The notes under the pieces: generated by a model
What the model was told of the DNA's origin: nothing
What the model saw: only the letters and a program-made list of their open reading frames with translations
The model's database searches: none
NCBI GenBank assembly: GCA_038087875.1
Contig: CM075978.1
Coordinates: 175,274,001 to 175,338,000, forward strand
DNA length: 64,000 nt
Source of the DNA: Malacoraja senta
Lineage: Eukaryota
Direction: 5' to 3'
Program-made: the position numbers and the translations under genes
Part shown: in pieces, positions 22,816 through 36,245 of the stretch
Layout of the letters: the number at the start of each line of letters is the position of its first letter
Position numbering within the stretch: the stretch's first letter is position 1

Positions 22816-24689
22816 CAGATATTTGCCTTTGTAGTGAGTGAAAAGCACACGTGGAAAATTTAAGACATTCTAAATGCTGGAAGTTACAAGCCTCTGTTCA
22901 GGACTGCAAAGATTTGCACTTGAACGTTGAGCAGATTCCAAAAGATCTTGAATGGATTGGAGGACATTACTTATCGGATGTAGTTGGCCAAAGGACCCAC
23001 TTCTGTGCTCCCCAGTCTATTCCAGTTTTCCTCTGAATGTTTCCACTTTGTTCATGCTGAACATCCTCCACTTGAAGGTGGTAGATGTAGGCTGCTGTAT
23101 CCAGACCCCCACTCCAGGGAACAGCCGATCCCCTGAATGTTTCAATCACCACTCCCTGGACTGCCCTGCCTGAGTGCTGGTAGCATTAAACTTGGACCGA
23201 GGATCGCCAGAAAGAAAATGCTTTGCCTTATTTTCAATGTTAAAATATACCTTAATTTTCAATGGTTCGATGGTAGTTTATTGCCACATATACCGAGGTA
23301 GAGTGAAATTCTCTTTCTGCTTCCAACAGCCCACTACACCATCGAGGTGCAATGCACTGCCTCCCATGCCCTTGCCCTCTTGGAGCAGCACCCAGCCTAG
23401 GCTGCTGCAGGCCTTCCAGCAGCCCACTTCACTGTTGAGGTTCACTGCACTGCCACCCGCAGCCATCTGCTTACTGGCCATTTGTTCCTTGTGTCCCCCG
23501 CCACAGTCATCTTGGATATCTTCTCCAGGCCTCAGGAATGAACAGGGAAGGGCTTAGCGGCTTGCCTCTTGGGGACGATGGGTGAACCAGGCCTTCTGCC
23601 AGAGGTTACACACGGCACCACAGTTTGCCGTGCAGCACCACAGTCACATATTTTCATTTGAATTATAGTGCAGAAACAGGACCTTGAGCCCACCAGGTCC
23701 CTGCCATCAATCATACATCCATTTACACCAATCCTACTTTACTCTCCCCACATTCCATCAAATCCTCCCACCCCCCAAATGTCACAAGTGTTTTAATGTC
23801 ATATGTCCCAGATCTTCTTCTTATCGAGTCCACACACAAGATTAGAAGTTGTTCAGCCAGAGCTGAATACACTTCTCGGCATCTGCCTACAATGGTGTCT
23901 GTCTTGTGCTTCTTGTGCGTGATGGTAGAAAGATTGGTGAAAACAGGGCCGCGATGTGAACGTTCTTTCCTTGACCCCATGTCCCAGATAGAACAATGAA
24001 ATTCTTACTTGCTCAAATGTTACTTCTCACCTTTATTCTCGAGGCAATGTACAGCAGTCAATTAATTTACTAACTCACGTCCTTGGGATGTGGGACAGAG
24101 GGAACTCACGCAGTTGCAGGGAAAGGTGCAAAGTCTGCACAAGCAGCACCCTAGGTCAGGATCAAACTCGGGTTGCTGTAGCTTTTAGGGAGCTACTTTA
24201 ATTGCGGTGACACTGCTTTCTACATAACTAATACTGTATACCATAGATTCTTGAGTCACATAAATTTCATCCCAGTTCAAATGGAAATAATTGCATACTC
24301 AAAGTTTTGGTTGAACCATCCGTTCTTACATGAGCAGCATGGTGCCATCTCACCATTCCTGTCACAAGTTTGCTTTCAATTTCTATATCTTCCTTTGAAC
24401 TGTTCTGATATTGAGTTAGTGACATGGATTCTGCTGTCACCGAGAAACAGAGGGAGGAGAGAGAGAGAGAAAGAGAAAGAGAAAGATTTTGGTACCAATG
24501 TCTAGTTTTTTCAGTCTTTTTATTTTCACTGCCTTGTAGAAGTTATGTGAAATTTTATATCATTTAAGTTTTTGTATGTTATCTGAGTCAACGTGCCTGT
24601 GATGCTGTTGAAAGCACGAGTTTCATTGCACATTTAGTTCACCGTACTCTCGCAAATACCAATAAACTCAGCTTGAAGACTTGAGGGAT

Positions 24690-24830
24690 ATGAGAAAAAC
24701 AGGGGGAAAAGTGAGAAAAAAAGAGATAGTGAAAGAAGAGAGAGAGACGAGAGAGGAGAAAAGCAAGAGGAGAGGGCACAGGGAGAGAGAGGGAGATAGA
24801 GAAAAAGCAAGAGGGAGAGAGAAGCAGAGA
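24690..24830. repeat. (GA)-rich low-complexity tract
   Basis: Near-pure purine gagagaga/gaaaaa runs. Confidence 0.8.
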
Positions 24831-25049
24831 ATGTTAATTCCATCACTGGTTTCTGCTGCCTCCTGGTGGTTGAAAATGTATCAGCTTCTTCAAAAGAGCT
24901 AGTTTATCCATATCTACTGACAATTAATCATCACAAAATCTATGACCTTTGTTTCAACATCTTGTGACCATTCCTGAGATTCATTATAAATATTTGTTCC
25001 ATTCTTTAAAAATGACTTGCTTTTAAAACAAACCTCTGTGAGGTTTGTA

Positions 25050-25265
25050 GAAACAAGGAACCTCAGATGCTGGTTTCCAAAAAAAGGTACAAAGTGCCGG
25101 ACTAACTCAGCGGGTCAGGCAACATCTCTGGAGAACATGGATGGGTGACATTTTGGGTCGGGGCCCAAAATAGTCTGAACAAACATCCCAATCTGAAACA
25201 TCACCTATCCGTGTAGTCCAGAGATGCTGCTGACCCGATGGTTTACTCCAGCACTTAGTGTATTT
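25050..25265. mobile_element. Degenerate palindromic pair of Penelope-like repeats
   Basis: ctaactcagcgggtcaggcaacatctctggag ... ccagagatgctgctgacccgatggtttactccagc in inverted orientation; the hammerhead cores have decayed. Confidence 0.65.
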
Positions 25266-26139
25266 TTTTTGTTTAAGAAGTCAATGTGCTGCTGTCACAG
25301 TCAACATATATCTGTGAGATTACCTATAATATTTGTTCAGTTTTCAGTCGCTGATGTTGCTAGACTTTCCAATCTGGTGAAGGAAAGTTTAATTCGCTTG
25401 GGTGAGCACATAGGGCAAAAAAAGCATCTGCTTCCTAAAATGGTGAACTGCACAAAATGTACAATCTAGATTCAGGAGAGTTCACACAACAATTGAGGCG
25501 AGGGCTGCAAGAACAGTTAGAGAGCAGACAGCAGCTCTTGGAATGCAGCAATAGCCAGTAGGAAAAATATCCAAGTTAGAAAAAAAAGGACAATTGCAAA
25601 GGTGAAATAATGAATTGGAAATTAAGAGAAAGGAGCCAACTATCAGAAAACCATGAACAAATGATGTTAGGCAGGAAACAGCAGTTCAGGAAATGTGTTG
25701 TGATGCTTACAAAAAAAACAGGAGGTTAACATTTCACATAAACTCTTGTACCAAACTGTGAGCGAATATTTTTGTTGGTCTGGGGCAGCGAAGAGAGCAG
25801 GGAGGGAAAAGAGATATATTTCTGACATTTCACTAACAAATTTGCCCTTTGTACTACTGGTTAAAACTGAGGGGGGTCAGTAACAGAATTCTAAATTATC
25901 AGTGAGGGTAAGAGAAGGATTCTGGATTAACAGAAGGATAAAAGTTATCTGTTCATATAATCATACATCCATTCAGTACAGAAACAGGGTATTCAGCTCA
26001 CCATATCTATGCTCATTCTGTGCTGTCTGACTCCATAACTCGAGGAACCACAGTTCTTTTATCTTTTCACATTTTATGAGATTTTTTGAAGTGGGGATGA
26101 ATATCTAATGAATAGATAAGCACCTAATACTGGAACAGT

Positions 26140-26250
26140 ACCTTCCCATCTCCACCTATTTCCGCCGACAGCAGAGACAGCTCCCTCCGCAATTCTTTGG
26201 CTCAGTCATCACTTCCCACCCAAACCGCCCCCTCCCCAGGTAGTTTCTCA
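26140..26250 (+). mobile_element. Penelope-like ORF remnant
   Basis: Translates to ..RDSSLRNSLAQSSLPTQTAPSPGSF, typical of the segment just upstream of the GIY-YIG domain in this family (from recall). Confidence 0.5.
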
Positions 26251-26915
26251 GGTGGATGTAACAGTGAAAGACATCAACACCATCCATGTCAAAGCAGCCC
26301 ATCTGATTGGTGCCACTTCCACAGCCATAGCCAAGCATTCCCTCCACCAATAGCACAATGTAACTATTGGGGCTGTCCCACCTCGTCGATTTTTTAGGCG
26401 ACTACAGGCGACTTGGCTGTCGCCACATGGTCGCCGGGATGTCGCCTGTATGGTTGTGAGTAGTCTCCTCAGTCGCACAAAGAGTCGTAGCGTCTTTCTG
26501 GTCGCTGCAAATTTTTCAACATGTTGAGAAATTTTTGGCGACAGTGTGTTTGACCCATATGAGTGTAACTTGAATTCTCATGATGTAAGTGCTATTGTAG
26601 GTTGTCGCCAGTGACGTATGTTCCCGCTGGTGCTGACTGGTGAATTTCATTGGCACATTGGAAAAACCCACAGCCCCAGCCACCACATGGGAGGGCTGTT
26701 GCCAACTTCCTGGCATTCTTGAATAGTGAGCTGCTGAAGATACTATTGTGGTCCAACTGCACCATGGCTCCCATGACGATGGTCCATAACTTCTCCCAGC
26801 CGTTAAATATTTAAACCAATTTTTGTGGAATTTAGGGAACATTGGATTTTAATATTTTACCTTTAAATTAATGTTTTTGATTGAAATATTCACAATGAAT
26901 TCATGTGTGTTGCAG

Positions 26916-27017
26916 ACTCTGCAGCTGATGGGACACATAGGACAGCAATAGATGGGACTGATGGGACCACCTCAACAGATGCCACTTATGGGACCACCAT
27001 ATCGGCCGGCATACCAG
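26916..27017 (+). pseudogene. Internal exon A of the Harbinger cargo
   Basis: tgtgttgcag| ... cag|gtatct, 102 nt. Phase 0 reads LQLMGHIGQQ*MGLMGPPQQMPLMGPPYRPAYQ; phase 1 is open and T/D/G-rich. Confidence 0.5.
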
Positions 27018-27136
27018 GTATCTAATTTCATAATACTTGTTGTGAATTGGACTTGAAATTCTTTGTCACACACAGCTTGTGAAAAGTTTTAATTTATTTG
27101 CCTTCCACTTAATATTGACAAGTTTCTGTGTTGCAG

Positions 27137-27400
27137 CCATAGTCACTGATGGGACCACCACAGATGCCACCACCAGTGATGTTATGCTCACCGATGGCCA
27201 CCTTACCAACGGCAAGGTCACCCTGTTCCAAAGCATAGCAGGTAGCCACTACTTCCACATAAACTGGCTGGCAGCCTGCAAAATCTAGTGGCTGCTCTGC
27301 ACTCTCATCTGCATTCAAAGACTACCCCAGCCATGACACGCCTGGACCTGCACCAGTGACAACAGGGGGTACCCCCACAACAGCACCTGAGTCTGGGTTT
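27137..27400 (+). pseudogene. Internal exon B (terminal) of the Harbinger cargo
   Basis: tttctgtgttgcag| acceptor. Phase 0 reads P*SLMGPPQMPPPVMLCSPM with stops; an AT-rich 3' region with AATAAA follows at about 27756 and 27869. Confidence 0.45.
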
Positions 27401-28399
27401 TACAGGATTAATGGACACAGATCACACATAAGTGTAATGTGTCCATAAATTATGTGAAGTCCTGTATGATTTTGTACTTGTATTATGTTTGAAGTATGAA
27501 GTTTATTGAAACACAATGACCCTTTTTGAGGTATTGGTGTACAATTTTATGTGATTATAATATCTTTGTATGCACAGTTGTATGTTTTTTATAATCTAAT
27601 AATGAATCTAACTTTCTTTGTTGTTAAATTTATGATTCTTCCTAGATTTATTATAGATAATTTCAATTTTAATGTGATTATAATATTTTTGTATGGACTG
27701 TTGTATGTTCTTATCAACTTTTTTTGTTGTAAAAACTTTTGTTTGTTTCGATATCAATAAAGGAAATGCTTGACATTTTGACAGCAAATTGATGTATGAA
27801 GATATTATATTTCAGATTAGTGTCTCGTGGCATTACTTTCAAATATTTAAATCTCATATTTTTTGATCAATAAAACAAACACAAACACAAGCATTGCACT
27901 GCATTGAAAAGCAAACTATTTTCCTATATTTTCATCATATACACAAACACAAGCATTGTACTGCATTGAAAATTATAGGAAAACTGTGATTCCATTATTT
28001 TAGAGGCTTCAGTTGTCGCCGACAGGGTCTTAGCTTGTCGTAGCTTGTTGCGGGAGGACACAGGTTGACTTCGGTTGTTGTCTGTGTTGTCGTGGGTGTC
28101 GTCGAAAGTTGTTGTAGGTGGACGTCCTAGTCGCGGAGATTGTGGTTGTCGGTAGCTTGCCGTCGACTAGGTGGTAGGTTGTTGCAGCTTGTCGTAGACA
28201 TTGTTGTGGGGTGGGGGGGTTCAGTCGCTGGTTTCTCGGTGACCTGCTACGACTATGACAGTCACCTAAAAAATCGCCTAAGTGGGACAGGCCCATTAGT
28301 GTGTAACATCCACAAAATGTATTGCATGCATACACACAGGCCATTCCAACAGCACCTCTGATACCCGCATCATTTGAGTGATCCCTCACACACTCAGGG

Positions 28400-29670
28400 A
28401 ATTAATGGGCGGAGAGTGTCATATCTGTTGGAGGGAAGCTATTAAAGGGGATTCTTTGGGATAGGATTTAGTTCCATTTGGATGGCCTAATGAGGGACAG
28501 TCAGCATGTTGTTGTACGTGGCTAGTCATGTCTTACTAAATTGATCAAGCTTTTGAGGTGAGGAAGGTGATTGATGAGGGTAGGGTGGTGGATTTTAGTA
28601 AGGCATTTGATTAAGTCTCTGGTCCAGAGGTTGATCCAGAGCATTAAGAGGCATGGGATCCATGGTGAGTTGATCAAATGTCTTCGGAACTAGCTTATAG
28701 AAGACAAGAGGGCTGTGGTGTAAGGGTAATATGCTGGCTGGAGGTCTGTGACCAGTAGTGTTCTGCTGGGATCTGCATTAGGACCTGCATTTGTGATATA
28801 CATAAATGACTTGGACACAAATATGGATGTGTTGGTTAGTAAGTTTGTAGTCAACACCAACATTTCTGCTGTTGAGGTAATCCGAACAAATGTGAGGTGT
28901 TACACTTTGGGAGGTCAAATGTAAGGGGAGGTATAACGTTGTTGCTGAGACCCTTAACAGCATAGATGGAGCATAGGGATCTTCAGGTCCAGATCCATAG
29001 CTCCCTGAAATGGCGACACAAGTAGATAGTGTGGTATAGAAGGCTCACAGTATGCTTGCTTTAGTCGGTTGGGGCATTGGGTATAAGAGTCAGGAGGTCA
29101 TGAAGCAATTCTATAAGACTTTGGTTAGACTGCCTTTGGAGTATTGTATGTAGTTCCGGTTGCACCATTCCAGGAAGTATGTGGCTATTTAGAGGGTGCA
29201 GAAAAGGTTTTCCAGAATGCGATTTGGATTAGGGAGTATTAGCTGAAATAAAAGATTCGAAAAACCTAGATTGATTTATTTGGAACGTTGGCAGTTGAAG
29301 GGTGACCTGATAGGCGTATATAAAATTATGGGAGGCATTGATTGAGTGACAGTGAATCTCTTTTCTAGGATGGAAAAATTAAATACTAGAGGGCATAGCT
29401 TTATGCTGAGAGGTACACAGTTTAAAGGAGATGCGCAGGACATGTTTCTTTTTTACACCAAGAGTGGTAGTTGCCTGTAGCGTGCTGCCAAGACTGGAGG
29501 CAGATACAATAGTGGTGTTTCAGAGATCGTTAGATAGGCACATGGATATGCAAGGAATGGAGGGGTATGGAAAATTTGCAGGCAGATGAGATTAGTTTAT
29601 CTTGGCATCATGCTTGGGACAGACATTTGTTTGGAGGTCTGTTCCTGTGCTGTCGTGTTCTATGTTCCAT
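28400..29670 (+). mobile_element. Old, highly decayed CR1
   Basis: Degenerate RT motifs (ggattttagtaaggcatttga.., ataagactttggttagac..) and a 3' UTR. Confidence 0.7.
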
Positions 29671-29869
29671 GAAACAAGGATCCAGCAAGGCACATTTGAT
29701 TGCAAGGCCCAGTCAGGTAAAGAGCCGCTTTATCAATGTTTACATTGATCCTCAGATGCTTCCAGGGGAATCCCTTGTTAAGCCGGGCTCTTGATGGAGG
29801 TCTGGTTTGGTTTAATGCCTGAGAAAAGCTGTCATGCTCAGCCTCTCACAGCAACTACCAGAAAGTGGG

Positions 29870-31915
29870 ATGCTGTTAAAAGTGTGCCAACCATTGTCCA
29901 GGATCTCCATGTTCCTGTTAGAGTGAAGGGCAAAGCAGGTAAGGAATCTTGGATAATGAGGGAAATTAAGGCACTAGTCAAAAGTAAAGAGGAGGTATGG
30001 GGCAGATACAGGCAGCTGGGATCAAGTGTCCCTGGAGGAGTTTTGGGAACTGAGAAGCACATTAAAAAAAGAAATCAGGAAATTAGGAGGGCAAAAAGGG
30101 GACAGGAAATAGCTCTGGCAGATAATATTAAGGATAATCCCTAGAGATTGTATGTACATTAAGGGAAAAGGGAATGGGCCCCTCAGCAAGAGAATGGCCC
30201 CTCATGAATCAAAGCGGTAAACTCCGCATGGAGCCACAGAAGATGGGAAAGGTCCTTGATGAGTATTTCTGCTCTGTTTTACCATGGAGAAAGATATGAG
30301 GATCGGGGAACTTAGGTCAGTCAATGGAAGTGTCTTGAGGATAGTCAGTATGACGGTCGTGGAGGTGTTGAAGCTCCGAACACTTATGAAGGTAGACAAA
30401 TCTCATGGGCCTGATGAGATATATCCAAGGACACTGTGGGAAGCTAGTGGAAATTGCAGGTGTCCTGGCTTTGATTTATGAGTCATTAAATATGGGTTAG
30501 GTGCCGGAAGACTGGAGGGTGGCTAGTAATGTGCCTCTTTTTAAAAAGGGCTGCACAGAAAAACAGGGAATTACAGGCCAGTGAGTCTAACATCTCTGGT
30601 CAGATAGTTACTAGATTATTCTAAGGGAAAAGATATACAGGCATCTAGGTGGACAGGGGCTGATTAGTAATAGTCAGCATGGTTTTGTATGTTGGAGTTC
30701 ATGTTTTATGAATCTGATTGAGTTTTTTGAAGATGTGACCCAAAACGGTTGATGGGGCAGAGCTGTTGATGTTGTATATATGGATTTCAGCAAAGTATTT
30801 GACAAGGTTCCACGTGGTAGGCTGCTCTGGCAGGTTAGCTCAGATCTGAGGAGAGCTCACCGACTGGATAGAAAATTGGCTTCATGGAAGGAAGGGTGAT
30901 GGTGTAAGGTTGTTTTTTCGGACTGTAATTCTGTGACCAGTGGTGTGCCTCAGGGTTTAGTGCTGGGCCCATTGCTGTTTGACATCTACATCAATAATCT
31001 GGATGAAAACGTACAAAACTTGATTAGTAAATTTGCAGATGACATTAAAGTGCGTGGTAAAGATAGCGAAGATAGTTGTCAAAAATTGTAGCAGGATCTT
31101 GATCCATTGAGGAGGTGGGTTGAGAAATGGTTAATGGAGTTTAATGCAGAGAAGTGCGAGGTGTTGTATTTAGGGAAGCCGAACATGGAAAGGACCTAAT
31201 CAGTGAATGGCAGGGCTCCGCGGAGTGTTGAAGAGCAGTGGGATCTAGACGTGCAGGTACATAGTTCCTTCAAAATGGCATCACAAGGAGATAGGGTGGT
31301 CATGAAGGCTTTCATCTCATTGGCCCTCATCTATCAGAGTATTAAATATGGAATTTGGGAGGTTGTGTTACAGTTGTACAAGACATTGGTCAGGCCACAT
31401 TTAGAGTATTGTGTTCAGTTTTGGTCATCATGTTATAGGAAAGATGTTCTTAAGCTGGAAAAGGTGCAGAAAAGATTTACAAGAATGTTATCAGGACTCG
31501 AGGGACTGAACTATAGGGAGAGGTTGAGCAGGCTAGGACTTTATTCTGTTGAAATTCAGGTAGATGAGGGGTGATCTTATAGAGGTGTTTAAGATCATGA
31601 GCAGAATAGATAGGGTATGGGCACAGATTTTTTTTACCCAGAGTTGGGGAAACAAGAACCAGAGGGCATAGATTTTAAGGTGACGGATGGAAGATTTAAT
31701 AGGAAGCTGAGTGGCAATTTTTTAAATGGTGGTAGGATATGGAACGAGCTGCTTGAGAAGGTAGTTGAGGCAGGTACTATCACAATGTTTAAGAAACATT
31801 TAGACAGGTACGTGGATAGGATAAGTTTAGAGGCATATGGGCCAAATGCAGACAGGTAGGATTAGTGTAGAAGGGCATGTTAGTTGGCATGGGCAATTTG
31901 GGCCAAAAGGCCTGG
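29870..31915 (+). mobile_element. Old CR1 ORF2 pseudogene
   Basis: Fragments including DKSHGPDEIYPRTLWE and LVRPHLEYCVQFWSSCYRKDV; multiple disruptions. Confidence 0.85.
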
Positions 31916-31929
31916 TATGACTTTATCCA

Positions 31930-32360
31930 TCCTCTTGAGTTTCTTGGCTCCTTGTCTACATTTCCTATCCCATGTCCACCTGACTCCAACTAGCCATCAT
32001 CCTACAATTATCTGGTTCCATCTAAAACCTTCCGACCTCTATCTCTACCTCACTCCTCCCTACCCCTACCTTGTTCCACCTGCCCATCATCCTCCCCCCA
32101 CTACCTGTTTCCACCTTACACCGACCAGCCCCTATGTTACCCCTCATTCTAACTTTATACTGGCTATATTCCCTCAAAACTCCCAGTCCTTGCTGAAATC
32201 CATTTCTACAATATCAATAGCACTACCCTAATCCTCCCATGTAGGGCCTTGACCCACAACATCAATCAGTCCTTTACTTCCAGATTCTGTCTGACCAGCT
32301 GATTTCCTTTGGCAGTTTGCTTTTGCTCAAGATTCCAACATCTGCAGTCTCTTCTGTTAC
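31930..32360 (+). mobile_element. Old Penelope-like 3' region and terminal repeat
   Basis: C/T-rich spacer followed by ..ctgaccagctgatttcc..ttccaacatctgcagtc, matching the Penelope-like tail. Confidence 0.45.
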
Positions 32361-33989
32361 CAGCTAACTTTTGTTGAGCAACGCTGGCCTCTGGTGGTTA
32401 ACTAGCAAAGTTCAGACATTTTAATAAACGGGTGCTTCTTCTTCTTCTTGCGAATGAAACATAAACCAAATGAATAGTTAGATCTCAAGCCGGGTGTTGA
32501 GCAGCCAGGTTGTTGTCCTCAACAGTCATCAACCAGGAACGTTAACTCCGTTTTTCTACAGACGCTGTCTGACCTGCTGAGTGCTTTCAGCATTTTCAGT
32601 CTATATTTCAGATTTTCCTCATCTGCAGTAATTTGCCGTTCAATTACTAATTTCACTGGCTGAATTTAATTTGCCTTTGAGCCAGTCATTGGTGTGACAT
32701 TGGACCTTTTTTTGTTTAAATTGATTGAAAGGTAAAGCATGGAAATAGACCCATCACACTAACCATTCACAATAGTTCCATGTTATCCCACTTTCACATC
32801 CACTCTATACACAAAATTTACAGAGGCCAATTAACCTACAAACCCACATGCTTATGGGAGGAAACTGGAGCACCTGGAGAAAACCGATGCATCACAAGAG
32901 CAACGTGGAACCTCCACATATAAAGCACCTGGTCAGGGTTTAACCAGGGTCTCCGCTGTTGTGAGCCAGCAGAGACCCTGTGCCCAATTTCGGTGCCCAA
33001 TTTCACTGGCACATTTAATTGTTTCTTTTAGGCAGACTAAAGTCAGATTTTAAGACTGAAGTGAAATACAGAGGGGTGCTGGAATCTGAAATAAACACAG
33101 GAAATGTTGCCGGTGTTGGGCAGGCCACATGACAATTGTGGTTGATTACAGCACGGGGGGGCATTTGGCCCATCATGTCCAGACCAACTCTCTACCAAAG
33201 CAACACAAGTTCCACCGTCAATTATGTCCCTCTTGCCATGCAAGCATTCAAAGTTAAAGTGGCCTTTCATCAGAACTGAAAGATGCTTTATCATGTAACG
33301 TGGCCCACTGGCCCTTCTCTGGCTTGCTGAGTGGATGCAGCATTTGCTCTTCCCAGCAAACACATTGGGATTTGTCACTGAGGCACAGCTTGATATCTTT
33401 ACTAGTTTTATCTTCAGTGAGCTCAGGAGAAACTCTGAGGACAGGCTTCCATATAGGGAGATGCTGGATAGAGGGAGAGACAACCTCTGGTGAGGAGGGC
33501 TTCCCATCCCCCAGGAGTAGCAGACCTAACTCCATGTCTCCGAGAAGCAATGTACCTGGGGCTGAGTTTCCAAGCACCTGAAAAGGCCACCTGCCTTGGG
33601 CAGAGCTCCGACCATGGACTCTGTCCAGATTGCTCTGGCCATGCAACGGAGGTCACACAGACACTGACATGCTTAGCATCATAGGGAGGCTTTACTGACA
33701 TCACTGCAGACCACAAGCTACACCACATTACCTTGGCACGATGATGGAAGTAGCTTCACCCTGTGCAGAGCATGTGGCATCATGACCATGGGCACACCCA
33801 GGGAGTGAATGTTCAGGGAGGCCTGAGCTGTGTGCAGGTACAGGCCATAGACTGCTGAGTTATTGATTAATAGATAACTCCATCTCTCTACAAGAGTGAA
33901 TGTAAAATGTGATCCTCACATTACATTCTGATGCTAAATGTCGCTTGTGTCAGAAATTCACATCAATTATTCTCTACGAGAATGTTCCC

Positions 33990-34410
33990 ACAGAGAATTT
34001 GCCTATTTGCAGAGTATGGATCCAGGCAAAGGGCAGATAGGTACAGAAAGTGACAATGGCCAGAGGTGAAAAGGAGACAAAAGGGTGAGGAGGAGTGAAA
34101 TTTACAGCCAGAGGGAGAAATGTGGATGGAAGGGAAAAGAGGAGGGGAAGGAGGGATGCTAAAAGGGTAGTGAGGACTCGGGGATGGGAGATGAGTATAC
34201 GGGGGGGAAAGCAGCAAGGTAACTTGGGGGAGGTGGGATACAGTGGGAGAATTGGGAGCGCAGTATGATGGGGGTGAGGAACAAGGAATGAAAAAGAGTT
34301 TAAAAGGCAGTTATCACTCGGAGTTAGAAAACTCAGTTCATACCATTTTATTGTAAGCTATACGTGGAATTTGTGGTGGTATTTCTCCAGTTTGTGTACA
34401 AAGCATAAGA
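33990..34410 (-). mobile_element. Old Penelope-like fragment
   Basis: 34315-34400 resembles the reverse complement of the GIY-YIG C-terminal coding end, followed by the purine-rich spacer. Confidence 0.45.
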
Positions 34411-34629
34411 ACTGGAGAAACATCACCACAAATGGAGGCAATGCAAGAAACCAAGTTCAAAAAGGTGTGTATGTGCATGGGAAGGAGAGCTAAAATGATT
34501 GGGAACAAGGAGATCCAGCAGGCCTCAGTGCAAGTATTCAGTGAAACTGTTGATTAGTTTATGTTTGGTCTTGCCAATGGAAAGGAAGTCACACTGAGAG
34601 CACCAAATGAAGTAGACTGCAGGATATTC

Positions 34630-35160
34630 AAGAGTCAAGAGTGTTTTATTGTCATATGTCCCGGATGGGACAATGACATTCTTACTTGCTGCAGCACAAC
34701 AGAAAATGTGAATATGTAAACATAGTACATAATGGGGGGAGAGAAAAAAAAAGAAAAAGTTCAATAAATAACAAATGTAGTGCAATAATAATATAGTCTT
34801 TTGTAGTTCAGAGCTCAGATCTTATTCGCTGTTGTGTTTAATAGCCTGATGGCTGTAGGGAAGCTGTTCCTGAACCTGGACATTACAGTTCTCAGGCTCC
34901 TGTATCTTCTTCCTGATGGCAATGATGAAATGAGTGTGTGGCCAGGATGGTGTGGGTCTTTGATGATTTTGGCTGCCTTTTTGAGGCAGTGACTACGATA
35001 GATCTCTTTGACGGTGGGGAGGGCAAAGCTGTGATTGACAGGGACTCCATCCGGACCAGTTACTTTCTGCGGATTCACTCTTAGGAAGGCCGATTTTACA
35101 ACTGCCAGCATTGATACAGGTGCACCCGAGACTGGCGGGGCGAATGGCATTCCAGCACTG
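34630..35160 (-). mobile_element. Internally deleted Rex1/Babar fragment
   Basis: AFLRVNPQKVTGPDGVP (RT start) is fused to SHCLKKAAKIIKDPHHPGH..LPSGRRYRSL (C-terminus); tail caagagtcaagagt. Confidence 0.7.
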
Positions 35161-35199
35161 AACTTCTGTTCAAAGCAGGAGGGTTTAAGAGGGCGCAGA

Positions 35200-35670
35200 A
35201 GAAGTTTATCAGAATATTGCCTGGATTAGATGGTATTAGTTATAAACTGAGGTTGGACACATTTAGATTCTTTTCTTTGAAGCTTTGGAAAGAATGGGGA
35301 GACCTGATAAAGGTATATAAAATTATGATAGGCATAGATAGGATAGGCAGTCAGAACCTTTTTCTCGGGATGGAAATATCAAAGACTAGATGACATAGCT
35401 TTAACGTGATAGGGGTAATGTTTAAAAGGGATGTGTGGGGCAAGTATTTCGCACAGAGAGAGATGAGTATATGGAACAAACTACCTGAGATGGTAGTGGA
35501 AGCAGATATGATAGTGGCATTTAAGAGGCTTTTAGATAGGCACATGGATATACAGGGAATGGATTTGAATCGCATGCAGGCTAAGTGGTTTAGTTTAACT
35601 TGGCATCATGTTCGGCACCGATATTGTAGGCTGAAGGGCCTATACCTCTGCTGTACTGCTCAATGTTCTG
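35200..35670 (+). mobile_element. Old CR1 3' fragment
   Basis: ..FAQREMSIWNKLPEMVVEADMIVAFKRLLDRHM.. followed by a UTR. Confidence 0.75.
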
Positions 35671-35974
35671 TAAAACTCAGTCTCTCTGCCCCAACTATCC
35701 CCGGCTGGTATCCCTACTTCCTCCTGCTCATTTCAATCCGAGGATCTTATGACCCATCTTCGGCTCTTTGATGCAATATTGAGTCACAGTTTGACATTTT
35801 TTGATGAAGAAGTTGAAGTATGAAAGACATGATTAATGTGAGGGGGATAGATGTAATGGGAACCTCATGGGCAACTTCATTACACAGAGAGTGATGGGTA
35901 AATGGCAGAAGCTGCCAGAGAAGGTAGTTTTGACATTTTACTATAGTTTACTTTGGTTTAGACATAAATCACGG

Positions 35975-36245
35975 AAACAGGCCCTTCAGAGCACCTAGTC
36001 CGCACTGACCAGCGATCACCCCGTACACTAGCACTATCTTACAAACTTGGGATAATTTACAATTTTTTCCGGAGCAAATAACCTATAAACCTGCACATCT
36101 TGGGAGTGTGGGAGGAAACCGGAAAACCCACGCAGTCACAGGGTGAAAGTACAAACCCCGCACAGACAACACCCCGAGTCAGGATCGGACCTGTGTTTCT
36201 GGCACTGTAAGGCAGCAGCTCTACCACTGCATCACTGTGCTGCCC
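35975..36245 (-). mobile_element. HE1-type V-SINE
   Basis: Reverse complement of the V-SINE head, body and tail. Confidence 0.8.

Larger units (their letters stand above)
26369..28294. mobile_element. PIF/Harbinger-type non-autonomous DNA transposon (1926 bp) with spliced internal cargo
   Basis: 35-bp TIRs, 30/35 identical (ggggctgtcccacctcgtcgattttttaggcgact / agtcacctaaaaaatcgcctaagtgggacaggccc), and a 3-bp TSD ATT at 26366-26368 and 28295-28297. Confidence 0.85.

Noticed and set aside
22967-23152. Decayed Ig V fragment (HLQVEDVQHEQSG)
   Set aside because: No Y-x-C, no B-strand Cys or Trp, and no convincing splice sites; chance resemblance.
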